Positions 28,622-38,904 of a stretch of 64,000 nt of DNA are shown in pieces. Every line of letters starts with the position of its first letter. The first letter of the stretch is position 1. A program made the translations under genes and the position numbers. The DNA comes from Candidatus Babeliales bacterium (GTDB taxonomy: Bacteria > Babelota > Babeliae > Babelales > JABCYS01), in contig JAFGJD010000004.1 of assembly GCA_016929235.1 (NCBI GenBank), forward strand, positions 1-64,000, in the 5' to 3' direction. The notes beneath the pieces are model-generated. The model made no database searches. It was not told the DNA's origin and saw only the letters and a program-made list of their open reading frames with translations.

Positions 28622-29482
28622 TCAGCTCATCACAATTAGTTCGCCGTCACTATACGATGCCTCTGTATACTTGTGCAAGTCTCGCGATACATCAGAAAGA
28701 AGAGATACCAAGTAACTAAGATTAGGATAAAGCTGTTGATACTCTTCAACCCGCTCTAATGCCGTTCTACCAGACGCATCAGTCATGGTAAGATTAATAT
28801 CGCCAGAATGAAGAAGCATTTTGATAATCGAACGCCGGGCGCCCATATTCCAGTAATGCTTTGGAAGTTCCATAGATTCTTTTAAATTACTCCAGGCGAC
28901 TTTAAGACTCTCCAGGGCAATACCAAATAATGCAATGCCAAAGACACCCAAGATTGCGTGCTTGACCAGCTCTTGGCTAATAGGCTTAGGAAGCTGTGCC
29001 ATACGCGCCCATGAGAACGGACTTCCATTCCTAACAAGTGGGCCAATGTTTGGAGAGAGACTAAACCACCCGTTAGGATCTATATGACCTGCCAAAGGAA
29101 CCAAGCCAAACAATGCCTTGTCATGAGCAATAACTTTTTTTGCTCCTGTAAAACTCAGAGTCCCTATTGCAGCTGCTACACCGATTTCACCAAGCATCTT
29201 GGTAAGCGATAATGCAACACTTCTGCTGAACTTGAGTTCATGCACAATCATATCAACCGCAAACATAAGAGGGGTAAGCTGTTCTTTCCCTACCTGGATA
29301 TTTTTATCAATGTTGGGAGATTTCAAACACTCCTTCACTAGTGATCGATCACCTACACGAATTGCATGAAACAAATCAACCTCCGTTAACTCGCCCAATA
29401 TAGTTGGCCGGAGCATATCACAGTTCACAACGGTACTTACGAACATAAGTCCTACTATGATCCACACAAACATCTTACGCAT
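28622..29482 (-). CDS. Exported ankyrin-repeat protein with hydrophobic insertion (paralog 2)
   Basis: RBS aaggag before ATG 29482. LFHAIRVGDRSLVKECL, TPLMFAV...IIKMLL, DASGRTAL. Confidence 0.75.
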   Translation of the reverse strand: MRKMFVWIIVGLMFVSTVVNCDMLRPTILGELTEVDLFHAIRVGDRSLVKECLKSPNIDKNIQVGKEQLTPLMFAVDMIVHELKFSRSVALSLTKMLGEIGVAAAIGTLSFTGAKKVIAHDKALFGLVPLAGHIDPNGWFSLSPNIGPLVRNGSPFSWARMAQLPKPISQELVKHAILGVFGIALFGIALESLKVAWSNLKESMELPKHYWNMGARRSIIKMLLHSGDINLTMTDASGRTALERVEEYQQLYPNLSYLVSLLSDVSRDLHKYTEASYSDGELIVMS

Positions 29483-30446
29483 GATCACACTCCTTAGATT
29501 CGCAAGCATACGCGACATTCTCAACGTCAATCATCCATTCATCAATTTCTCGCAAAATGCGATATATTTGTTCATTTTCGATATGAATAAGCATCGCTTC
29601 GTGAAGAAAATCACGAACCGTCTTCCCCTGTGAGTTTTCAACATTGATATCTAAATCATGGTGCAAGAGAAGCATTCGAATAATTTCTCGCTCTGCCACA
29701 AGTGCTCGTGCATTAGCTAAACTTGTTGCGGGAATTTGAACAAATCCACTGCCGCCTTTCCATCCTTTCACCAATCCTCTCCACACTAAATAGATGCCCG
29801 CTGCTGCTGTCCATGCAAATACTACTGCAGTCACGGTAGCACGATCAGTGACAAGATTTCTGATCATATCGGGACCTTGTCGAGCCAACATAGTCATACC
29901 AGCTTCAGCCACATCTTGTTGCGACCGATCACGAGCCATGTCTGCCGCAGGAATAAAGTCAGCAGCAGCTGCTGCTGAAAAAGCCGTTCCACCCAAATTC
30001 AAAAGGTTCCTGCCGGCCTCCCAAAGGCCTGCCCTTACGCCTCTCGGGTGTCCAAATGGATTAAAGCCATGAGCAACAGCGCCAATGGCGGCCCATCTGA
30101 CATCGATAGCTCTTGCCGATAAAAAGCTCAATAACCCGAATACTGTCGATACCCCCATACCAGATAAACACATGCCCGTGCTAACCCCTAGATCAACTGT
30201 TGCTTTCGCCAGTCCGCTAATCAATTGGCTATCGTAGACTTTCTCTGCATGAGCAACCAGATCTCGCACTGCAAACATCAACACTGTTTCTTTGTTGGGA
30301 CCCAACCGAAGATTAGGATCTACGCCCTCACGTAACAAGAGCCCGACCCGCTCTGGGTCACTATTTATAACTTCATGAACAATATCAAGATCAGAGCTGT
30401 GAGCAACCCCCGAAGCCAGAAAAAGCATGGCGAGAATTCGTTTCAT
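29475..30446 (-). CDS. Exported ankyrin-repeat protein with hydrophobic insertion (paralog 1)
   Basis: Signal peptide. VGLLLREGVDPN, ETVLMFAV...IIRMLL, DINVENSQGKT. Confidence 0.75.
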   Translation of the reverse strand: MKRILAMLFLASGVAHSSDLDIVHEVINSDPERVGLLLREGVDPNLRLGPNKETVLMFAVRDLVAHAEKVYDSQLISGLAKATVDLGVSTGMCLSGMGVSTVFGLLSFLSARAIDVRWAAIGAVAHGFNPFGHPRGVRAGLWEAGRNLLNLGGTAFSAAAAADFIPAADMARDRSQQDVAEAGMTMLARQGPDMIRNLVTDRATVTAVVFAWTAAAGIYLVWRGLVKGWKGGSGFVQIPATSLANARALVAEREIIRMLLLHHDLDINVENSQGKTVRDFLHEAMLIHIENEQIYRILREIDEWMIDVENVAYACESKECDHA

Positions 30447-30515
30447 AATGCCTCCGATAAAAAGCTGAGTAACTTTTACCTTACCCAGTCCGATTGTTCG
30501 TGTAAAATGCCTAAC

Positions 30516-32960
30516 CTAACGGACAACAAAGTTAATAAGGCGATTTGGCACAAAGATCACCTTGATGATCGTCTTGGCCTCAAGCCACTTGGCCACTATG
30601 GTCCCGGCAGACTTTTGGACATCCTCTTCAGAGGCTCCCGCCTTCACCGTCAAGGTACCCCGCAACTTACCATTTACCTGAACAGCAATACCCACCGTTG
30701 TAGCTACGGTGAGTTTAGGATCATACGTTGGCCATTGACAGTCACCCAACTGTTTGCCAAAAAGCTTCTCAAGTAACTCGCTTGCCATATGTGGCGCAAG
30801 TACTGAAAGCGCAACAATAATCTTTTCAAGACTCATTTTTCCAAGTTTCAGAGAATTTGCAGTGATATCGTTGAGTAATTCCATGAATGCAGAAATGGCC
30901 GTGTTGGGCTTAAAATATTCAAGTCTTTCTTGAAAATCTTTCAAAAATATATGCACTCTACGACTTGTTTCATCCGCTTCTTGTTGGTCAGAACAATGGC
31001 GATTTTCATCGCTCATGTAGATCCAGAACCGATTCAAAAATCGCTTAATACCATCAAGGCCCGTGTCTTGCCATTCGCAATCAAGTTCAGGTGGGCCCAT
31101 GAACAAAATATACATACGCAAGACATCAGAACCATATGCCTGAACCATCTCATCCGGGTTCACCACATTACCCTTAGACTTAGACATTTTTTCAACAAGT
31201 CCACTCTTTTCTGAGTACTTGAGAATCATGCCCTGATTAAACAGCTGCTTGAATGGTTCATCGAACGGTAGATACCCAAGGTCATGTAATACCTTGATGT
31301 AAAACCGCGAGTACAACAGATGCAAAATTGCGTGTTCAATTCCTCCAACATACAGATCAACCGGAAGCCAATAGTTCATATCTTTATCATCAAATGGCTT
31401 GTCTTTGAGATGAGGGTTTGGATAGCGCAAGAAATACCAACATGATCCTGCCCATTGCGGCATGGTGTTGGTTTCACGCTTACCCAGACCACCACATTTT
31501 GGACATGCAACATTGACCCATGACTCAATGGCTGCCAACGGAGACTCACCAGTTCCTGTCGGTTGATATTTTTCTACTTCAGGCAACTCGACTGGCAACT
31601 GATCCTCGGGAACAGGAACTACTCCACATTTATAACAGTGAATCAAAGGAATGGGCTCACCCCAATACCTTTGTCGCGAAAATATCCAATCACGAAGACG
31701 GTACTGTACCGAACGTTCTGCGTATCCTTTTTTCACGCAGTACTCAATGATCTCTTGTCGTACGTCACCAGCTCGCTTTCCAGCAAACTCTGCTGGCTCT
31801 GCAAGAATACCATTCACCATATCGGCATAACAGATCTCTAAGTTTTCAACCTGCTCGCGTAGCTCAGGATCTATAGGAAAGAGAACCGGCTTTAAGTGAA
31901 TATCGTATTTTTTCGCAAATGCAAAATCTCGTTGGTCATGCGCGGAACATTTGATGATACCTGTTCCATAATCAGCAAGAGCAAATGACGCAACCCAGAT
32001 AGGAAGATCTCCATTGCCAACCGGATCAACGATGTATCGCCCCGTAAAGATTCCTTCTACATCTTTTTCATTCTCGTAAGCACCATTACGTCGCTTGGCT
32101 ATCATAGTATCGCAGAATGCCCGAATCTCATCCTTATTCTGCACACCCTCAAGCAACTGATTAAGGAATGGATGGTCCGGAGCAATCACAACAAATGTGT
32201 CCGCCGCAAATGATTCAAAATGAGTTGAATAGGTTTTGATCGTCAGATCAGTACTCTTAACGGGCGCAGTAAACAAAAGGCCTTCACTCTTACCAATCCA
32301 GTTCCGCTGCATCAACTTAACTTTTTCAGGCCATTCGAGACGATCGAGACCTTCAAGCAATTTTTCTGCATACGCGGTAATACGCAAGACCCACTGAGGA
32401 ACATTTTTTTGGGTTACCTTGGTGCCACAACGTTCACATGCGCCGTTCACCACTTCTTCATTTGCCAACCCGGTCAAGCATGAAGGACACCAGTTGATTG
32501 GCATGTTGGATTGATACGCCAAGCCTGCTTTGAACATTTGAATAAAGATCCATTGCGTCCATTTATAGTAATTAGGATCCGTTGTATTAACTTCTTTATC
32601 CCAATCATAGATGGCAGCAATATCTTTAAGTTGTTCTTTAAATTTTTTGATGTTGGCCTCAGTACCCAACTTGGGGTGGATACCTTTTTTAATCGCATCA
32701 TTTTCTGCAGGCAACCCAAATGCATCCCAACCCATAGGATGTAGTACATTGTATCCCTCTAACCATTTCATGCGAGCATACACATCAGACAAGACATACC
32801 CTCGCCAGTGTCCTACATGAAGTCCCGACCCTGAAGGATAAGGGAACATATCCAGGCAATAAAACTTCTTACCTGAGCCTGCCGATTTGGTCGCAACAGG
32901 TGGATTTTTGGCCCATCGCTTCTGCCACTTTTTTTCTATATCACAAACTGAGTAATTCAT
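30516..32960 (-). CDS. leuS: Leucine--tRNA ligase
   Basis: [69 protein letters not shown]. Confidence 0.98.
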   Translation of the reverse strand: MNYSVCDIEKKWQKRWAKNPPVATKSAGSGKKFYCLDMFPYPSGSGLHVGHWRGYVLSDVYARMKWLEGYNVLHPMGWDAFGLPAENDAIKKGIHPKLGTEANIKKFKEQLKDIAAIYDWDKEVNTTDPNYYKWTQWIFIQMFKAGLAYQSNMPINWCPSCLTGLANEEVVNGACERCGTKVTQKNVPQWVLRITAYAEKLLEGLDRLEWPEKVKLMQRNWIGKSEGLLFTAPVKSTDLTIKTYSTHFESFAADTFVVIAPDHPFLNQLLEGVQNKDEIRAFCDTMIAKRRNGAYENEKDVEGIFTGRYIVDPVGNGDLPIWVASFALADYGTGIIKCSAHDQRDFAFAKKYDIHLKPVLFPIDPELREQVENLEICYADMVNGILAEPAEFAGKRAGDVRQEIIEYCVKKGYAERSVQYRLRDWIFSRQRYWGEPIPLIHCYKCGVVPVPEDQLPVELPEVEKYQPTGTGESPLAAIESWVNVACPKCGGLGKRETNTMPQWAGSCWYFLRYPNPHLKDKPFDDKDMNYWLPVDLYVGGIEHAILHLLYSRFYIKVLHDLGYLPFDEPFKQLFNQGMILKYSEKSGLVEKMSKSKGNVVNPDEMVQAYGSDVLRMYILFMGPPELDCEWQDTGLDGIKRFLNRFWIYMSDENRHCSDQQEADETSRRVHIFLKDFQERLEYFKPNTAISAFMELLNDITANSLKLGKMSLEKIIVALSVLAPHMASELLEKLFGKQLGDCQWPTYDPKLTVATTVGIAVQVNGKLRGTLTVKAGASEEDVQKSAGTIVAKWLEAKTIIKVIFVPNRLINFVVR

Positions 32961-32972
32961 TCTAAATCACCA

Positions 32973-34136
32973 TTACCCGCACAATAATGCGCTTATACGA
33001 TCCCAATATTGCACAAAAAACGTTATCACCACTGTAGCATAAACAGGCACCTTGACGAAGCGAAAACCATTTGTTTTATACAGAATGTTAAGAATCGATA
33101 ATACAATCATCGCTGGGTAGCAGACTGTAACAATTGGAACAATCACATCCATGATTCCACTGAAACCCAGGTTAGCAAATGCTGCCGTAATAGTAACTGT
33201 TAACGTTACTGCAACTCGATAGCTAATCTTTCTCCTAAAAATATAAATACTCAAATAATCAGCAAACAAGCTGGTCAAAGCGACTGCCGTTGTCAAACAT
33301 GCAGCAGCAACCGTAAAACTTGAAAGCATACCAAGTCGTCCAAGAAGATGATCGGACAAAGCAAAGATGAGCTGTTCTCTTGGCACCGTTGTTACAGCAG
33401 CCGCGTGAATTGCACCTGCTACCATAAATCCAACATAGACACCACCGAGAAGCAGTGATCCAATAACCCCCGCTTTGAACAATGAATGCAAGAGGCGTTG
33501 TGGAGATGAAAGAAGATCCTTATCAAGCGCATCAAATACTAGTTTAGAAAAGAAGATCGCACCCAATAGATCAAGCGTTAGAAATCCTTCGAAAAATCCC
33601 GAAACCAAAGCGTTAAGATTAGAAATATCAGTATGTGGTGGCGTTACTTTTATGAAAAATGCACTTACTATTACACTCAAAAGCAAGACAATTTTGAGCG
33701 GGCCAAGATAGCGACCAATCACATCCATAACCTCATTTTTACGAACCGTTAAAAACCACACAATGATAGCCGACAAAAAACTAAACATAGCCAACGAAAA
33801 TGAAGGGAAATACCAAGCGAATGCTGAGTGAGAAAGCGTAATAGTTCTTGGGATAGCCCCGAAGGGGCCGATCAAGATCATACACAAAAAGGCCCAAAGT
33901 TCTCCTGATTTTTTACCAAGACGCTGAAAGAATGCCCTATAGTCACCCCCAAACAATACCCCGGAAAAAAGGCCTAAAAGGGGCATAACAACAGCCGAGA
34001 AGAAAATTCCGACAATGGCGGGTGTAACATGATCGCCCATCATTCTTCCAAGATCCAAAGGAAATACCACATTACCTGCGCCGAAAAATATGGCAAAAAG
34101 CGCAACCCCCAAAGATATAATTTGTTTTCTAGTCAT
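32973..34136 (-). CDS. brnQ: Branched-chain amino acid:cation symporter
   Basis: LFAIFFGAGNVVFP, IGPFGAIPRT, GFLTLDLLGAIFF, ACLTTAVAL, ~12 TMs. Confidence 0.93.
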   Translation of the reverse strand: MTRKQIISLGVALFAIFFGAGNVVFPLDLGRMMGDHVTPAIVGIFFSAVVMPLLGLFSGVLFGGDYRAFFQRLGKKSGELWAFLCMILIGPFGAIPRTITLSHSAFAWYFPSFSLAMFSFLSAIIVWFLTVRKNEVMDVIGRYLGPLKIVLLLSVIVSAFFIKVTPPHTDISNLNALVSGFFEGFLTLDLLGAIFFSKLVFDALDKDLLSSPQRLLHSLFKAGVIGSLLLGGVYVGFMVAGAIHAAAVTTVPREQLIFALSDHLLGRLGMLSSFTVAAACLTTAVALTSLFADYLSIYIFRRKISYRVAVTLTVTITAAFANLGFSGIMDVIVPIVTVCYPAMIVLSILNILYKTNGFRFVKVPVYATVVITFFVQYWDRISALLCG

Positions 34137-34496
34137 GATCCAAATTCCTTAAGTACTAAAAAAAGCAAGAACTACTACAGCTAAATGCTTACAGAATAAT
34201 AATGGGCTGGATGACCCTGATATCAACCAGCAGGCAAATAAAGGCAAAAGACGAGAAAAGAAAAGAGAAAGACGATCGACGATACGACATAGTTCCTGGG
34301 TTATAGACCCACCGACTTAATGTCTCCATCGTAGGCTCCTGTAGTAGTAAGAATAATACAAATACTCGAAAAACCACTGTAACATTCATGGGCATTTTTT
34401 TCAATGAAGCCCTCTCCCCTGATCTCTGTAAATTCGAATCCCATTGTGATAGGCTGCTGCAAGATATCATGATAGCGGTGAAAAAAGGGCTTTAGG

Positions 34497-35138
34497 ATGA
34501 AACAAAGAAGAACCAGTCATGCTGATATTCGACAGTCATTTCTTGATGATGAAATGATCCTGGTCGTCAAACGTGATGACCTGTTTCCTCAGGGAGCATG
34601 GTCAGGATTACAACACGTTCCCTTTGATGAAATCCTCGCAACAATTAAAGAAAAGCAACTCTTTATGCCTCGCTCCCACATGGAAACTGATCCAACGTAC
34701 AAACAAATCATCCCGTATCTTCTGTTTGAATACGATGGACGCTATTTTCTTATGCAACGATCACCTGCAACTAAAGCTCAGGACCTTCGCTATAAATATT
34801 CCTTAGGTATCGGAGGGCATATTCGCCAGGATGACATGAAAACATCGTCCATCCTTGCATGGGCCGACCGTGAGTTCAAAGAAGAAATTGAATACAATGG
34901 CACTTATAAAGCCGAACCGATTGGGATCTTAAACGATGACTCAAACCCAATTGGCCAAGTGCATGTTGGATTGGTATTCATTCTCAAAGGCGACTCGCCT
35001 CACATCAAGGTCAAGGATGAACACATCAGTGGCACTTTACTTCCGCTTGAAGAGTTAAAAGATTTCTATCCTCGCATGGAGTCATGGAGTCGTATTGTAT
35101 TTGACTTCATGGCAGAGAAACACCATACTGCGGGCTAG
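34497..35138 (+). CDS. Predicted NUDIX-family phosphoesterase
   Basis: ETDPTYKQIIPY, SLGIGGHI, REFKEEI, NDDSNPIGQVHVG, ESWS. Confidence 0.85.
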   Translation: MKQRRTSHADIRQSFLDDEMILVVKRDDLFPQGAWSGLQHVPFDEILATIKEKQLFMPRSHMETDPTYKQIIPYLLFEYDGRYFLMQRSPATKAQDLRYKYSLGIGGHIRQDDMKTSSILAWADREFKEEIEYNGTYKAEPIGILNDDSNPIGQVHVGLVFILKGDSPHIKVKDEHISGTLLPLEELKDFYPRMESWSRIVFDFMAEKHHTAG

Positions 35139-35172
35139 TCATTAACCGTAGTAACCGACAAGGGACAATGTC

Positions 35173-35637
35173 ATGCGCAAGAAGAACTTCGTGTATCTGG
35201 CTTTTTTGAGTTGTTTGGGCAACTGTATTATTATGGCTACAGAAAATACTCCACGTGTAGCCCCCGAGGCTTCGGATAGCCAGGTGGTAGAACAGCTAAC
35301 AGGAGCACTAAGGGACGGAGCATTTTTAACAAAATTGTTCTGGGCTGCCATGCTTGTTTGGGCAGCACACCTGATCGGCAAACAAGCTTCAGTGCTACTC
35401 GAGCCTCACAACCACACGAAAGAAATTTGTTCTTCATGTCATCAAAGGGTTCCAGGATTAATCCTTCTCCATCAATGTAGACACGGACATAACAACTACA
35501 TAGCATACTCGCGCACAAGGCTACCTCGTGGCGATGTCGTGTCAGTTATCTCATGTAAACCTCAGTCAAACTTTGATCCCGAAACTATAAAGGAATTTGT
35601 GGCACAATACGACAAAATCGCTTGCCCCACTGATTAG
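35173..35637 (+). CDS. Hypothetical membrane/exported protein with Cys/His cluster
   Basis: Hydrophobic N-terminus, internal TM, and CSSC..HQC..H, a possible metal site. Confidence 0.6.
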   Translation: MRKKNFVYLAFLSCLGNCIIMATENTPRVAPEASDSQVVEQLTGALRDGAFLTKLFWAAMLVWAAHLIGKQASVLLEPHNHTKEICSSCHQRVPGLILLHQCRHGHNNYIAYSRTRLPRGDVVSVISCKPQSNFDPETIKEFVAQYDKIACPTD

Positions 35638-35649
35638 AAAAAATCCTTA

Positions 35650-35697
35650 GAAGAAGACAAATGAGCTGTACATAATTACAGCTCATTTGTCTTCTTC
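35650..35697. terminator. Perfect 21-bp inverted repeat (hairpin) between convergent transcription units
   Basis: gaagaagacaaatgagctgta (35650-35670), 6-nt loop, tacagctcatttgtcttcttc (35677-35697). Confidence 0.7.
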
Positions 35698-35940
35698 GAC
35701 ATCATCATCACTACAAAAGGTAGCCAACATCGTACCAACTAGAAAAACCGAAAGGCGGGAAAACCTCCATCAGAACGATATGGACTTATCCAAAAAAGGC
35801 TTGCCTATGGTTTTCTGATTGAAGCGGTCATGATTGCCAACAGCTTCACTGGCATTTTGACCTCAATGGCTGGAATAACAAGGGCAAGCACAGTAATGAA
35901 AAAGATCCATTATCATACATACCTCTTAGACCTTGAATAG

Positions 35941-37350
35941 CTATGACCTAGATTCATAGCCTATGTGATGTTGAGCAACCGATGCATAATAGTTTGCACC
36001 ATCACGAAGCCGACGCTCTTTGGTCTCAAAGTTAACTTCATACAAACCAAATTTCATGGTATACCGCTCAGCCCATTCCAAGTTATCCAGCAATGACCAG
36101 TAATAATAACCACGGACATCGTAGCCATCCTTGATAGCCTTGGAAAGTGCGTACAAGTACCGCTTCGACCACAGTTCTCGACGATCATCGCGTGCATCCG
36201 GGCATCCGTTTTCGGTGATCATGATTGGCACGCCGCATGCCGCGACTTCCTGAATAGCCCTATACAACCCTTCTGCGTACAGCGTATATGGCATATCGGT
36301 TCTGATGTCACCAGGCCGTTCTGCACTAAACTGTTTTGACGACGACATTTTTGATTCATCCGTTACTGATGCACCTGTTGGTATTTTTACCAGTACATGT
36401 GAGTAGTAGTTGATCCCAATGAAATCTAAAGCTTGTTTTGCAGTAGGATTGCGGTGACGTACGGGCTGCACAGGAAGTGGTAACACACTAAAGGTAAACT
36501 CGCCTGTAACAAAGAAATCTAGTGCTGCTTTATAGAAGATATGATTTATGTACGACGCAACAAGCTTTTCAAGCGGGTTCCAATCATGGTACGCCTCAAA
36601 TTGTGTGACCGAATGTGCGAATCCAACTTGCGCTACATCGCCACCGGGTAATGACTTAATCTTTTTAAAGATTGCAATGTGTGCTTCAAGTAGGTTACGT
36701 AAGACAATTCCTACTTCGTGCATATTTGTTATACCTCGTTTTTCAGGTGGCCATTCACCCATGATGTAGCCCATAAATGCATAGACTCCCGGCTCGTTGA
36801 TCGTACACCAGTATGGAACGAGATCATTAAGTTCCTTAAACACTACCTCACAGTAGCGAACGAGGTACTTGATATTGGACGCCTTTTCAAATCCACCACG
36901 AGCAGTAAACCAAATTGGATCAGTAAAATGATGGAACGTAATCATCGGTGTCATACCTGCATCGATCATCTTTTGGCAAACATCACGATAGTGGTCTAAC
37001 GCATCCTGACTAAATTCTCCTTCGTGCGGCTCGATAACACTCCATTCGATGGACAAACGGAAGGTATTTACACCAAGATCTCGCGCCAACTTAATATCAT
37101 CTTCGTATCGATGCCAGAAGTCGCATGAAGTTCCGGACTTCTCACGTCCAGCCTTGGCAGTTTCCCAAAGTCTCCAGTTATTGTAAGGGAAGTTTTCATT
37201 ACCAGAATTTTGGAAATCAGATGCAGCAACACCAAATAAAAATGACTTCGGAAATACAATATCATTAGTATCGATATTCTCCCAATCCCACCGCAATTCC
37301 GTTGCAACCAACGACATCATACAACCCAACATCAGCAAGATCTTCTTCAT
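35941..37350 (-). CDS. Glycoside hydrolase family 1 beta-glucosidase with signal peptide
   Basis: FPKSFLFGVA, FRLSIEWS, TINEP (acid/base), ITENG (nucleophile), WSLLDNLEW. Start MKKILLMLG. Confidence 0.95.
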   Translation of the reverse strand: MKKILLMLGCMMSLVATELRWDWENIDTNDIVFPKSFLFGVAASDFQNSGNENFPYNNWRLWETAKAGREKSGTSCDFWHRYEDDIKLARDLGVNTFRLSIEWSVIEPHEGEFSQDALDHYRDVCQKMIDAGMTPMITFHHFTDPIWFTARGGFEKASNIKYLVRYCEVVFKELNDLVPYWCTINEPGVYAFMGYIMGEWPPEKRGITNMHEVGIVLRNLLEAHIAIFKKIKSLPGGDVAQVGFAHSVTQFEAYHDWNPLEKLVASYINHIFYKAALDFFVTGEFTFSVLPLPVQPVRHRNPTAKQALDFIGINYYSHVLVKIPTGASVTDESKMSSSKQFSAERPGDIRTDMPYTLYAEGLYRAIQEVAACGVPIMITENGCPDARDDRRELWSKRYLYALSKAIKDGYDVRGYYYWSLLDNLEWAERYTMKFGLYEVNFETKERRLRDGANYYASVAQHHIGYESRS

Positions 37351-37438
37351 GGGATCCCTTCTATGAGATAAAAGTCGCAAAAACAGGCACAGAATAAAGA
37401 GACTCTCAAAAAAAGAAAGACTTATATAAGTTGAAAAA

Positions 37439-38773
37439 CTATACCGTCACACTTTGTGCATTGAGATAAGGACTTTTTTGTACAAGATCTTCGACTAGTC
37501 TATGAATATGTTGCCCAAAATCTTCTTTTTCAAATGCTGTCACATTACGTCGTAACGTCGCAAGATATTTTGGTTCAGAAAGATATTGATCCAAATACGC
37601 ATTCACATCACGGCGAGAATACAACACATGTCCAAACCGATATTTTTCTATAACGTCATATGCAACCGCTTCCCAATCCAACGCACCATGACTTTTATCC
37701 ACCAACATCGGAATGTTTGAGTAAATCGCCTCACCAAAACTTGCACCCCCTGCCTTCGTAATGAAGATATCTGAGATTGCCAGTAGGTCTGCTATACGCT
37801 GTGTATAGCCAATCACATCAACAGTAATATGATCAGGTAGTTGCATTTTTTCTATCTTCTTCTTCATTGCTGCATTTCTTCCAACACATACTAACAAATG
37901 CATGGGATGTTGATTTTTTGAAATCGTTTTTACATAGCGCCCGCTTAACTTTGAGCCGGCACCACCCATGAGTATCGTGATAATTGGTTTATCGGTCGTA
38001 ATATTAAAATCTTTACGAATCTGTTCTTTATCCTTTGGCGCAACAAACGACTGGCGAACGGGATAGCCCGTTACGACAATTTTATCTTCTGGAATTTTTG
38101 CGTGCGCAATACTGGCTCGCGACTCTTGAAGATCAAATGGTATTGTCATTATAAACTTATCGTAGTCGGGCCTTTTGATGTCATTCACAAAAGCCCTGAC
38201 ATTCACATCTGTCGGAATAATCATAAACGGAATATCGGCTGCCTTGGCAGCTTGATATACAAAACCATCAACAAAGTGGACACATGATATGACAAGATCA
38301 AATTCGTTTTCACGCAAGTAATCCTCTACCGACTTTGCAAGCGAATTGCGCATTGCACGCATCGCATGAGCACCAGTATGCGCAAGCTGATTAACTAACC
38401 ATGTACGATTATGCCGCAGAAGGTAATTGTAAAGATCTTCGCCATTCCATGAACCCCATGACAACTTGGGGACAGGATCAAACTTATTCACAACGTCCTT
38501 GAGAATATTAACAATATGAACATCGTATTTAGTACCAAGGTCCTCTACCAAACGCTGAGAAACAGAAATATGGCCCGCGCCACCAACGCTCATAAACACG
38601 ACAATCTTTTTCTTACGTTGTTCTATTACACGGCTTGGAGCCATGTATTCGGTAATTTTATGGGCAAGATGAGGACCCTCAATCATTACTGTTCCTTGCA
38701 ATAAAACCGACATCACACAGCGCAAGATCGTCATTATCATCGTAGCACATCCTTCTGATATATAACCCTTCAC
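37439..38773 (-). CDS. GT28 diacylglycerol glycosyltransferase (MGDG synthase/UgtP-like)
   Basis: SVGGAGH, IPTD, VTGYPVR, LMGGAG, VCVGRN, ITKAGGAS. Start codon uncertain. Confidence 0.85.
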   Translation of the reverse strand: MKGYISEGCATMIMTILRCVMSVLLQGTVMIEGPHLAHKITEYMAPSRVIEQRKKKIVVFMSVGGAGHISVSQRLVEDLGTKYDVHIVNILKDVVNKFDPVPKLSWGSWNGEDLYNYLLRHNRTWLVNQLAHTGAHAMRAMRNSLAKSVEDYLRENEFDLVISCVHFVDGFVYQAAKAADIPFMIIPTDVNVRAFVNDIKRPDYDKFIMTIPFDLQESRASIAHAKIPEDKIVVTGYPVRQSFVAPKDKEQIRKDFNITTDKPIITILMGGAGSKLSGRYVKTISKNQHPMHLLVCVGRNAAMKKKIEKMQLPDHITVDVIGYTQRIADLLAISDIFITKAGGASFGEAIYSNIPMLVDKSHGALDWEAVAYDVIEKYRFGHVLYSRRDVNAYLDQYLSEPKYLATLRRNVTAFEKEDFGQHIHRLVEDLVQKSPYLNAQSVTV

Positions 38774-38904
38774 CCATTCATATAACTCCCCTGAAGAGGC
38801 CCCAGTCTACCGAATCACGACCTTCTAATCTAGTAATGGCTAACTGTTGCCTCATTTTTGCCCTATACGCTATAGTGTGAAGAATCTAGATGAAGGGGAG
38901 AAGA

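Noticed and set aside
34189..34470. Small minus-strand ORF or T-box leader upstream of brnQ-leuS
   Set aside because: The ORF has no recognisable homology, and I found no T-box consensus or terminator/antiterminator pair. Left unannotated.
35683..35916. TGA readthrough or alternative genetic code suggested by two in-frame TGA codons
   Set aside because: TGA terminates many intact genes here (uvrB, atpF, both GT2 genes), so code 11 applies.
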